A stretch of DNA of 64,000 nt. Origin: a bacterium (GTDB lineage: Bacteria; Patescibacteriota; Andersenbacteria; UBA10190; CAIZMI01). The DNA lies in contig JAUSJG010000027.1 in assembly GCA_030647555.1 (NCBI GenBank), forward strand, positions 15,532 to 79,531, read 5' to 3'. The first letter of the stretch is position 1. Every line of letters begins with the position of its first letter. The notes under the pieces are model-generated. The model was not told where the DNA came from. It searched no databases and saw only the letters and a list, made by a program, of their open reading frames with translations. This document shows, piece after piece, positions 55,715 through 64,000 of this stretch. The position numbers were made by a program, and so were the translations under genes.

Positions 55715-58700
55715 TTAAAGTTCTTCCTGTGCGGGTTCAAACTTGTGTTGAATTACCGGTTTCGCTTCTTCGACTTTGATGCAATTTGGTCCGAGAATGT
55801 TGCCAAATAGATTTTGCAGGAATGGCGTGTAAGTAATTAAATAGGATGTTTTGACGAGATCTTTTTGATTTTCCTTCTGGATTTCCAAGAAGACTGCGGT
55901 GCGGCCCTTGCCGACCTTTTCCAGAATTGCTTTCAAATCCATGAAGGTGCGTTTCGTCGCATTTACCGGAACACTGATTGTGATGCTAATCGGAGGTTTT
56001 TCGTCAAAAATAGCTTTGTTTTTTAGGGCCTTTGGTGGATTGGCCGGGTCGTATTCCGACGCGGAGTCGGCTAAAATTTTCGGTACGCCGTCCTTGTCGC
56101 TGACGCGTCCTTCAATAATTAAGACTTTATCTTCCAGCCACAGGTTTTGGGTGGTTTCCAGCAATTTTGCGAACACTAAAACCTCCAACGAACCGGAGCG
56201 GTCTTCAACAGTGGCGAAGGCCATGGCTTTTTGTGTGCGAGTGATAATTTTTTTGATGGTGGTAATTATACCGCCGATTTTCACTTTTTCGTTCGCATTA
56301 TGAATGGTGATGTCGGCAATTGGGGTTGTGGCTTCCGCGAGCGCTGGGGCGATATCCATCAATGGATGACCGGAAATAAATAATCCCAACAATTCTTTTT
56401 CCCAACTAAGGCGTTGCTTTTGCGTGGCCGGTTCAACGGCTTTTAGGGTTACTTTTGGTCGCGCCACTTCGGCGGGCATCATACCAAAAAGATTGGCCTG
56501 ATTAGTTAGCAATTGTTTGCCAATATCGCGGTTGAAATTCAAAAGTGTGTCGGTGTTTTCCAAAATTTGGTTGCGTTCGGCAAGTGTGTCAAAAGCGCCG
56601 GCCTTAGCTAGACTTTCGACAGACTTTTTATTCAGATCACGCGAATGCACGCGGGAGAAGAAATCTATGAGATCTTTGGACGAGCCGGCCTTCTCGCGTT
56701 CAGCGATAATTGCTTCTACAATATGTTCGCCGACATTTTTTACCGTGTGCAGTCCAAAACGGATTTCGTCTTTCGGAATTGAATCATTGGCTTTCAAGAC
56801 TGTAAAACCTTTATGTGAAAAATTTACATCCGGCGGTAACACGGGAATTTCCATCCGTTTACATTCGTTGATGATGATGGCAATTTTTTCGATATCGCCG
56901 GATTCGGCGGAAAGGACGGCGCACATATACTCGGCAGGGAAGTTGGCCTTCATGTAGGCAGTTTGGTAGGCAACACGTCCGTAACACGCGGCGTGTGCTT
57001 TGTTGAAACCGTAACCTTGGAAGGGTTCGAACAAATTCCAAATCGCTTCGGCTTGGTCTTTGGTTAAGTTGCTGTTTTTTTGACACCCATCAACGAAAAT
57101 AATATGTTGCTTTGCCATTTCTGCCGGAATCTTTTTTCCGATGGCTTTTCTAAACTTATCGACTGTTTCCCAGTTGTAGCCGGCTAGTTCCAGAGCGGTA
57201 AACATTAGGTCATCTTGATAAACTAAAATACCATAAGATTTGGCCAAGAAATTTTGTGCCTTCGGGTGGAAATATTTGATTGGACTGCGTCCAAGTTTAC
57301 GTGCGATATATTCCGGAATGTTATTCATTGGTCCCGGGCGATAGAGGGCCACCATGGCGTTGATGTCATGTATCGTAGTTGGCTTCAGATCCATTAAATG
57401 TTTTGTCATACCTTCGCCGTTTAGTTGAAACAATCCTTCCGTTTCGCCATTCGCCAACATTTCAAAAGTTTTTTTGTCATCGAACGGAATCCGTTCGATG
57501 TCTATTTTAATATTGTGGTGAAGTTTCACTAGGCGCACCGCGTCTTCCAGTATGGCCAAATTACGGATCCCTAAAAAGTCGAGTTTGGTTAGGCCGACGC
57601 CATCTTCGCCAACGGTGTACATGTCGTACTGGGTAATGCGTCGGTTGCCGTCTTTCGGATCAAGCTGAATTGGGACGTAATTAACAAGTGGTTGGGGAGC
57701 AATAACTACGCCGGCCGCGTGCACCGAAACATGGCGCATCGTGCCCTCCAGTTTGCGAGAAATATCCAGAATGTGTTTTATTTCCGGGTCAGTGTCATAT
57801 ATTTTTTTCAATTCCGGTTCAATTTCCATGGCGTGGTCGATAGTCATCGGAAAGCCTTGCGAGCCCATTGGGATCAGTTTGGCCACGCGGTCACCCAGTT
57901 CATATGGTTTATTTAACGCTCTGGCCACGTCACGCACCGCACCACGCGCCATCATCGTACCGAATGTGCCGATCTGGGCCACTTTATCATCGCCGTATTT
58001 TAGTTTGGCATAGTCAATTACTTCGCCTCGGCGATTATCCGCAAAATCCATATCGATATCGGGCGCGGACGGGCGGAAAGGATTTAAGAACCGTTCAAAA
58101 GGAAGTTGGAATTCGATTGGATTAACATTTGTGATTCCGGAAAGATAAGCAACCAGTGATCCGGCGGCGGATCCACGCACGGTGGTGTAAATATCCGATT
58201 TACGGGCGAAGCGTAATAAGTCGGCAACCACTAGAAAATAGGGGGCGTAGTTTTTTTGTTTGATAACATCCAGTTCGTATTTGCGTCTTTCTTCGGAAAC
58301 CTTATCTTCCGTTAGGCCATGGAAGTTCATCCCTTTTTGCGTAAGTTCGTCGAGCATTTGATCGGCGGTTTTTCCTTCTTCTAGCGCAAAGTCGGGGAAG
58401 ATAAATTTGCCTAGAGTCAGTTCGATGTTGCAACGATCCGCAATAACTTTTGTATTAGTGACAGCCTCGGGAATATCGGAAAACCATTCCATCGCTTCCT
58501 CGGTGGAAATAAAATGGTATTGGCCGGTGCCGGCAAAAATGCCGGTGTCGCCCACGTCGGTGTTGGTGGAAATGGCAACGAGTGTTTTGTGCGCTTCCGC
58601 ATCGTCGGGGCGCAAGTAATGAGAGTCTTGGGTGGCGACTAGCGGGATATTCAGTTCGCGCGAAAGTTCGATCAACATAAAGCGCCACTTTTCAAAATTG

Positions 58701-59245
58701 TCGACGTCCGGGTGGTGCATTATTTCCAGGTAATAATTTTCGGCGCCGAAAATGTCTTGATATTCACGGATGACTTCAATCGCTTTTTCTTTGCCACTGC
58801 CGGTGATGGCGCGCCCCACTTCACTTCCGATACAACCGGATAAAGCAATGATGCCCTCGTGATTTTCACGAAGCAGTTCTTTGTCGACGCGCGGTTTATA
58901 GTAATAACCTTCGAGGTGAGCCGAGGTGATTAATTTAATTAAATTTTTATAACCGGTCATGTTTTTGGCCAGTAGCGTTAGGTGGTAACGGCGATTATCA
59001 ATACCGGTTTCTTTTTGTTTGTGACTACGAACGGCGACATAAGTTTCTACACCAATTATCGGCTTAATCCCGTTTTTTTTGCAGGCGGAATAAAAATCAA
59101 TGATGCCGTACATCGCGCCGTGGTCGGTGAGACCGATGGCGGACATATTAAGTTCCTTGGCGCGTTTAACCATGTCGTCCACTTTCGAAAGACCATCCAG
59201 GAGGGAATAGTGGGAGTGGGTATGGAGGTGGATGAATTCTGCCAT
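55715..59245 (-). CDS. dnaE: DNA polymerase III alpha subunit (start trimmed to MAEFIHLHTHS)
   Basis: PHP domain HLHTHSHYSLLDG. Polymerase core (fingers GYGFNKAHAACY). OB-fold near the C-terminus. Confidence 0.95.
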   Translation of the reverse strand: MAEFIHLHTHSHYSLLDGLSKVDDMVKRAKELNMSAIGLTDHGAMYGIIDFYSACKKNGIKPIIGVETYVAVRSHKQKETGIDNRRYHLTLLAKNMTGYKNLIKLITSAHLEGYYYKPRVDKELLRENHEGIIALSGCIGSEVGRAITGSGKEKAIEVIREYQDIFGAENYYLEIMHHPDVDNFEKWRFMLIELSRELNIPLVATQDSHYLRPDDAEAHKTLVAISTNTDVGDTGIFAGTGQYHFISTEEAMEWFSDIPEAVTNTKVIADRCNIELTLGKFIFPDFALEEGKTADQMLDELTQKGMNFHGLTEDKVSEERRKYELDVIKQKNYAPYFLVVADLLRFARKSDIYTTVRGSAAGSLVAYLSGITNVNPIEFQLPFERFLNPFRPSAPDIDMDFADNRRGEVIDYAKLKYGDDKVAQIGTFGTMMARGAVRDVARALNKPYELGDRVAKLIPMGSQGFPMTIDHAMEIEPELKKIYDTDPEIKHILDISRKLEGTMRHVSVHAAGVVIAPQPLVNYVPIQLDPKDGNRRITQYDMYTVGEDGVGLTKLDFLGIRNLAILEDAVRLVKLHHNIKIDIERIPFDDKKTFEMLANGETEGLFQLNGEGMTKHLMDLKPTTIHDINAMVALYRPGPMNNIPEYIARKLGRSPIKYFHPKAQNFLAKSYGILVYQDDLMFTALELAGYNWETVDKFRKAIGKKIPAEMAKQHIIFVDGCQKNSNLTKDQAEAIWNLFEPFQGYGFNKAHAACYGRVAYQTAYMKANFPAEYMCAVLSAESGDIEKIAIIINECKRMEIPVLPPDVNFSHKGFTVLKANDSIPKDEIRFGLHTVKNVGEHIVEAIIAEREKAGSSKDLIDFFSRVHSRDLNKKSVESLAKAGAFDTLAERNQILENTDTLLNFNRDIGKQLLTNQANLFGMMPAEVARPKVTLKAVEPATQKQRLSWEKELLGLFISGHPLMDIAPALAEATTPIADITIHNANEKVKIGGIITTIKKIITRTQKAMAFATVEDRSGSLEVLVFAKLLETTQNLWLEDKVLIIEGRVSDKDGVPKILADSASEYDPANPPKALKNKAIFDEKPPISITISVPVNATKRTFMDLKAILEKVGKGRTAVFLEIQKENQKDLVKTSYLITYTPFLQNLFGNILGPNCIKVEEAKPVIQHKFEPAQEEL

Positions 59246-59306
59246 GGTCAGTAGATAGAAAATATATTTTGAAAAACAGTGTTCTGTGAAATCAATCGAC
59301 ACCACA

Positions 59307-59336
59307 AAATCCCAAATCCCAAATCCCAAATCCCAA
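59307..59336. repeat. Tandem heptamer (aaatccc) x4
   Basis: Read directly. Confidence 0.6.
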
Positions 59337-59413
59337 ATAATGCTCTAAATCCCAATTTCCAAAACGACACTTCGGTAATTAGTCCAATGAAATGTCGAAA
59401 TGACAAAAGATCA

Positions 59414-59444
59414 GGGACCGTCCCTGCACGCCAGGGTCGGTCAC
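59414..59444. repeat. Inverted copy of the 31-nt GTGACCGACCC... element
   Basis: See 52405-52435. Confidence 0.55.
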
Positions 59445-59601
59445 TGATAGTAGTGTTTTTTTGTTGGTTTCTCATGAATTTTCATCTTACCAAGCCACCC
59501 AAAAATGCACTATTGACAATTTGGGTGGTTTGGAGTATAATTATGGGTTGTTCTTGGAAAACTTGTGCGTTCTGTGGTCGCTTTTTGTGAAGGAGAATGT
59601 C

Positions 59602-60141
59602 ATGCAAGTTCGATTGTTGCAGGTTGTGATCGTGGTTCTGTGTCTGATTTCTCTTAGTCTTTGTGTTCTCAATCATAATTCGTCTGTTGCTCGCAAGAAA
59701 CAGGAACAGGCGCGGCATGTTGTTGGGGTCACCAAAGAACGTATTTTGCGTGAAAACCTCGGACTCGTGACGGATCTCACTCAAAAATATGCCTCGCGAG
59801 GCGAGTATGAGTGTTTGACTTCCGAACGAGATCTTGCTCGCGATGATGTAGACTGCGCGATCGTCTATCGGGAGTGCTTGCGGATTATTTCCGACGTCAA
59901 CAAGGGACCGGCGACGGACGCGAAGTACGGAGCCTTGAGACAGGAGAACAAAGATTTTGGTTTTTGCTTCAGCGTCCTTGAAGTTAAGAAAGATTTGGAA
60001 AATTTCTTGGACGGCTTGGACGAAGGTTCTCTCAGCGCCGATTTTGTCCTGAAGCATGCCGACAAGATTGAGGTGTCAATTCGCGTCAAAGCGACGGAAC
60101 TCAGGAAGGGGTTTTACGAGAGTCCGTTTGATCGACCGTAA
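59602..60141 (+). CDS. Hypothetical exported protein (start at ATG preceded by AAGGAG; longer ORF from 59461 runs through repeats)
   Basis: 179 aa, N-terminal signal/TM helix. SD aaggag 6 nt upstream. Strong terminator downstream. Confidence 0.45.
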   Translation: MQVRLLQVVIVVLCLISLSLCVLNHNSSVARKKQEQARHVVGVTKERILRENLGLVTDLTQKYASRGEYECLTSERDLARDDVDCAIVYRECLRIISDVNKGPATDAKYGALRQENKDFGFCFSVLEVKKDLENFLDGLDEGSLSADFVLKHADKIEVSIRVKATELRKGFYESPFDRP

Positions 60142-60174
60142 CAAAATAGAGTTCGTCATTCGGTAAACTGAATG

Positions 60175-60216
60175 GCCACCCACCCGGGCAACGTGTCGCG
60201 GGTGGTTTTTTAATTT
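60175..60216 (+). terminator. Rho-independent terminator (ccacccgggcaacgtgtcgcgggtgg + T6)
   Basis: Read directly. Confidence 0.6.
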
Positions 60217-60389
60217 TCTTCGCAAAGAAAATTATCCCCCATAGCTCCGCCAGCTGGCGGAAGCGACGGGGGATACTGTTTCCATATATTGAAACAAAAA
60301 CGACTTGTGTGGTGACACACAATCGGTGACCGACCCCGGCGTCCCCACTTCGCTAAAGCTACGCGGGGCAGGTCGGGGACGGTCCCCGA

Positions 60390-61229
60390 TTGCAGTGCAA
60401 GTTCATCTTTCCCCCAATATTTGCTAAGCTGTATCTAATGCTTCTCAAACACCGCACAGTAAAACAAATAGTCATCGCTTGTATCTTTTTTGGTTTCTGG
60501 ATTTCGCTGGGCGGTCTTATTTATTGGGCGACCTACACTCCACCGGACGCATTACCACCACCACCGAAAACCGCTTTGCCTTTGCAAGTGATTGCGACAA
60601 AAATTATTGCCACTACTCCCGGAAAAGGAGATTTGGTTGGAACACTGCGTAACCCAAATCCGAATGCCGGCGCGGTGCGCTTTAAATACAAGTTCACAAT
60701 TTCTGCTACTAATCAAAATCCGCAAGTTGTAACGGGTGAGTCGTTTGTTTTGCCGAGTGACCAAAAATATCTGACGGCGTTCAATAATGATATTCCGACA
60801 GGTGCAACGGCAAGTTTGGAAATAAGTAGTACGGAGTGGGCGTTTGTGGATAGCGGTTTCGCACCGCCGGAAATTGTGTTGATCAACAAGCCGACGAATA
60901 TTATTTCGGGTCCGACGATCGATACTTTTCAGTTGAAGGGTCTGCTCGCTAATCAAAGTAATGTTGACTATACACGTGTAGAAGTAACGGTGGTCGGCTT
61001 GGATGCGCAGGGCGAAATGATTGGTGTGAGTAAGACTTTTATGGGCTCATTCTTGTCGGCGGAACGGCGCGAGTTTACCGCGCAGTGGCCGTTGAATAAG
61101 GGCGAAATTGTTTCTGATTTCAAAGTTGTACCGGAGGTGAATGTGTTTTTGCCGGACGCGATTCAGCGGAGGCAGGGGATTCAGGATATTCGCGATTTGC
61201 AGTCGGTCGCAACACCGGCGGGGAATTAA
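60390..61229 (+). CDS. Hypothetical membrane-anchored protein (alternative start at 60438)
   Basis: 279 aa, one N-terminal TM helix. Beta-rich extracellular region. Confidence 0.45.
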   Translation: MQCKFIFPPIFAKLYLMLLKHRTVKQIVIACIFFGFWISLGGLIYWATYTPPDALPPPPKTALPLQVIATKIIATTPGKGDLVGTLRNPNPNAGAVRFKYKFTISATNQNPQVVTGESFVLPSDQKYLTAFNNDIPTGATASLEISSTEWAFVDSGFAPPEIVLINKPTNIISGPTIDTFQLKGLLANQSNVDYTRVEVTVVGLDAQGEMIGVSKTFMGSFLSAERREFTAQWPLNKGEIVSDFKVVPEVNVFLPDAIQRRQGIQDIRDLQSVATPAGN

Positions 61230-61236
61230 TAGCATT

Positions 61237-61343
61237 CCTCCCTTTATTTAAAGGGAGGCGGGGAGGGATTAAGTCAATAATCCTTTGATTGCCCAATAGA
61301 CATAACCCATCCCCGCCTTCCCTTGAATAAGGGAAGGAATGCG
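61237..61343. repeat. Compact (insert-free) copy of the composite element: cctccctttatttaaagggagg + ggcggggagggatt...aacccatccccgcc + ccttcccttgaataagggaagg
   Basis: Same three-module architecture as E1/E2. Confidence 0.5.
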
Positions 61344-61429
61344 ACGTCCGCGACCCTGACGTCCTGTTCCCTGTACCCTGATTTCTTTCGCGGTTGGTCA
61401 CAACCAAATTTGTGCGCTATTAATAGGGA

Positions 61430-62560
61430 GTGATTATTAGAGATGTTTTTCGACGAAGTGACCCCGTACTTTGGGGGAGCGCGTTACTTTTGGTGGTAAT
61501 TAGTTTGGTTCTATTGGGAACGGGAAGTGATTCCGCCAATCTTGGCTATTTTATGCGCCAGGGGGTGGCAGCCGGGTTAGGAATTTTGGTTATGTTTATT
61601 ATTGCGCGCACGCATTATACTTTTGCGCGTTCGTTTTCTTCCGTATTGTTTGTTGTGCTGATTTTCTTACTTTTGATTGTTTTGCAAGCAAGGATTATCA
61701 GAGGCGCCGCGTCGTGGTTGGTTTTTGGCGGGTTTCATCTACAGCCGGGCGAATTAGCAAAAGCAATTTTGGTTGTGGTATTGGCAAAAATTTTAGGTGA
61801 GAGTAAACAAGGCGTGGCATTAACACGGGTACTGTTTCGCACAATTCTCTATGCCGGTATTCCAATTATCTTGGTGATTTTACAGCCGGATTTCGGTACG
61901 GCGATGCTTTTGACGGCAATTTGGTTTGGTATGATTGCGGTGGCTGGGCTTACGCGCAAGCAGTTTTTGAGTTTGGCCGTGATTGCTGTTGTAGTTTTCG
62001 CCAGCGGTTGGGTATTTTTTCTTAAGCCTTACCAAAAGGATCGTGTCTTGGTTTTTTTAAATCCCGGTTCCGATCCGTTGGGACGTGGTTACACTGTTCT
62101 GCAGTCGGTCACGGCTTTTGGTTCCGGTGGTTTTTGGGGAAGAGGTCTTGGTTATGGTCCGCAGAGTCGTTTAAATTTTTTGCCGGAAAATAGGACCGAT
62201 TTTATCTTTGCCCGTATTGGCGAGGAATTGGGGTTGGTGGGTGTTTTGGGTGTGTTGTCTTTGTACGGGGTAATTCTTTGGCGCACATTGGTCGCAGCGT
62301 CAAAGACGACGGATTCGTTTGGACGGGCGATTGCGGTTGGGGCATTTGTGGCCTTGCTAAGTGGGATTGTAGTTAACGCGGGTATGAATATCGGTCTTTT
62401 GCCTGTCACCGGCGTGCCCTTACCATTCATTTCATACGGCGGGAGTAGCCTTTTGACAATGTTTATCATCATTGGTTTGGTGGAGAGTGTGATTATTCAC
62501 GGCGAAGCGTGGGAAGTTGATGATACAAGTGATGTAACGACGTTGTCGTTGGGAGGGTGA
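61430..62560 (+). CDS. ftsW: FtsW/RodA/SpoVE-family peptidoglycan glycosyltransferase (SEDS)
   Basis: 376 aa, about 10 TM helices. Conserved NFLPENRTDFIFARIGEELG and GLLPVTGVPLPFISYGGSS motifs. Confidence 0.9.
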   Translation: MIIRDVFRRSDPVLWGSALLLVVISLVLLGTGSDSANLGYFMRQGVAAGLGILVMFIIARTHYTFARSFSSVLFVVLIFLLLIVLQARIIRGAASWLVFGGFHLQPGELAKAILVVVLAKILGESKQGVALTRVLFRTILYAGIPIILVILQPDFGTAMLLTAIWFGMIAVAGLTRKQFLSLAVIAVVVFASGWVFFLKPYQKDRVLVFLNPGSDPLGRGYTVLQSVTAFGSGGFWGRGLGYGPQSRLNFLPENRTDFIFARIGEELGLVGVLGVLSLYGVILWRTLVAASKTTDSFGRAIAVGAFVALLSGIVVNAGMNIGLLPVTGVPLPFISYGGSSLLTMFIIIGLVESVIIHGEAWEVDDTSDVTTLSLGG

Positions 62561-62777
62561 GGAAGTGTGTGGGGAAGCACAAGCAATTTTTCACTTTCAA
62601 GCGTACACTCCGGTTAATGGCGAACTGCGCCATTAACCTCGCTCTGCACGCTTTTTGTTGCGACAAAAAGTCGTGAGGCCGCTTGAAAGCGAAAAATTAC
62701 TTGTGCTTCCGGTGGTAGAATAGTGCCGTTTGACAAAAAGCCACCTCTTAATTATTATCTACTCATAAACAAAGAAT

Positions 62778-63113
62778 ATGTTTGACGAAGCGAATCAATT
62801 AATCTCCCGTTGTCCGTTATGTAACGCGGGCTATCGGGTTGAGGACGCGCAAATCATCGAAACTACCGATGAATCTTCTAGCGTTTATGTAGAATGTCCG
62901 CGTTGCAAAAGTTCAATTATGGCCGTTGTGGCCATGAGTGGTATGGGTATGATTTCTCTCGGTATGGTAACGGATATGACCAGAGAAGATATAGAAAAGT
63001 TTCGCCTTACTCCAAGCGTGAGCGGAAATGAATTATTGGAGATGATCCAACTGTTGAAGCGTCAAGATAGATCCGTTGTTCGAGAATTAACTAAAGAAAC
63101 CGATGTCTACTAA
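62778..63113 (+). CDS. Hypothetical zinc-ribbon protein (CPLC...CPRC)
   Basis: 111 aa. Two CxxC pairs. Confidence 0.4.
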   Translation: MFDEANQLISRCPLCNAGYRVEDAQIIETTDESSSVYVECPRCKSSIMAVVAMSGMGMISLGMVTDMTREDIEKFRLTPSVSGNELLEMIQLLKRQDRSVVRELTKETDVY

Positions 63114-63855
63114 CAAAATCCATCAAATCGAAGCGCAACCCCGTGTCAAAGCGGGGCGTAAAGCAAAAAATGTCCGCATTGGCGGAGCTATTCCCGGTAT
63201 TCTTTATGGCAACGGCGTTGCCAATGTTCAAATTGCAATTAATCAAAAAGCGTTCGAAAAGATATTACCGGAGTTGACGCATAGCACGCTTATTAATCTT
63301 GTTATTGAAGGTGAAAAAGACGGTCGAGCGGTTTTGGTTTCGGAAGTACAACGCAACCCAATGACCGGCTTGCCACAACATATTGATTTTCATCAAGTTA
63401 ACTTGAAAGAAGAAATTGAAGCAACCGTGCCGTTGGTTTTTCATGGGGAATCATTCGCGGTGAAAGATTTGGCCGGAACTTTGGTCAAGAGTTTGAGCAA
63501 TATCAAAGTGCAAGCATTACCGCAAGATTTGCCGGAAAACATTATTGTTGATATTGGTGCGTTGAAAGATTTTGAAGCCCGTATCACAATTGCCGACTTG
63601 AATATCTCCGATAAAGTTAAAGTTTTGGATAATATGGAAGAAATTGTCGCGGTTGTCACGCCTCCTCGCTCGGAAGCCGAAATGGAAGAATTGAATAAGG
63701 AAGTGGAAGAAAATGCCGGTGAAGTAAAGACCGAAGCGGACGAAAAGAAAGCCGCCAAGGAAGCCGAAGCGGTTGCGGAAGGTACGCCGGCTGAAGGAGA
63801 GAAGGGCGAGAAGAAGGAAGTCAAGAAAGAAACGAAGAAAGAAGAGAAGAAATAA
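63103..63855 (+). CDS. rplY: 50S ribosomal protein L25 / general stress protein Ctc form with Lys/Glu-rich C-terminal tail
   Basis: 250 aa. N-terminal L25 beta-barrel motifs (RVKAGRKAKNVRIGGAIPGILYG). C-terminal extension typical of Ctc. Confidence 0.9.
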   Translation: MSTNKIHQIEAQPRVKAGRKAKNVRIGGAIPGILYGNGVANVQIAINQKAFEKILPELTHSTLINLVIEGEKDGRAVLVSEVQRNPMTGLPQHIDFHQVNLKEEIEATVPLVFHGESFAVKDLAGTLVKSLSNIKVQALPQDLPENIIVDIGALKDFEARITIADLNISDKVKVLDNMEEIVAVVTPPRSEAEMEELNKEVEENAGEVKTEADEKKAAKEAEAVAEGTPAEGEKGEKKEVKKETKKEEKK

Positions 63856-64000
63856 TAGTTTTACCGAAATATTGAACCAATTAATCCCCGCATAAGCGGG
63901 GATTTTGGTAAAGAAAAAACCAATCTTGGGTCGGTTGGGTTTAATCTCTGGAGTGGAACTAGTTTGCAACCAGGGACGGCCCCTTTTTCGGGGCCGTCCC

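Noticed and set aside
63517-63969. 150-aa minus-strand ORF (also 63441-63824)
   Set aside because: Antisense to the Lys/Glu-rich tail of rplY. Translation is Phe/Leu-rich low complexity.

Overview
This 64-kb window reads as a compact, gene-dense bacterial chromosome fragment of a small-genome, Patescibacteria/CPR-like style. The lineage call is inference from gene content and architecture only. Most genes are housekeeping (all calls rest on motifs read directly from the translations):

- Proteostasis and envelope: a clpC-type AAA+ unfoldase, a recX-like regulator, a free-standing Clp-N protein, htpX, lemA, and a dsbA-like thiol:disulfide oxidoreductase.
- Replication and translation: ligA, gatCAB (gatC and gatA adjacent, gatB about 20 kb away), pheST, gyrB, secE-nusG-rplK-rplA, tmk, miaA, thrS without the N-terminal TGS domain, dnaE, ftsW/rodA and rplY.
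- Metabolism and cell wall: gpmI, and a murD-like ligase fused to a PP-loop-like domain.

Three regions are accessory-like:

1. A 2040-aa cell-surface giant protein (6312-12434) sits directly upstream of a complete type IV pilus locus (12743-26491). The locus encodes pilM, N, O, B, a CheY-like receiver, pilT, pilC, two major-pilin candidates separated by an inverted GT-C-type membrane glycosyltransferase-like gene, pilD and four minor pilins.
2. A tRNA island (34820-36677) holds two tRNA(CAU) genes flanking three tandem ~100-nt cloverleaf-like elements whose hairpins covary. A free-standing double-motif LAGLIDADG homing endonuclease follows, and its last codons overlap the 5' end of tRNA-Asp.
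3. Intergenic space is unusually rich in several distinct families of hairpin-forming repeats (REP-like elements). One is a ~200-bp composite element present in two copies carrying the same 37-bp segment in opposite orientations and different sub-hairpins.

No CRISPR array, rRNA or transposase gene was seen.
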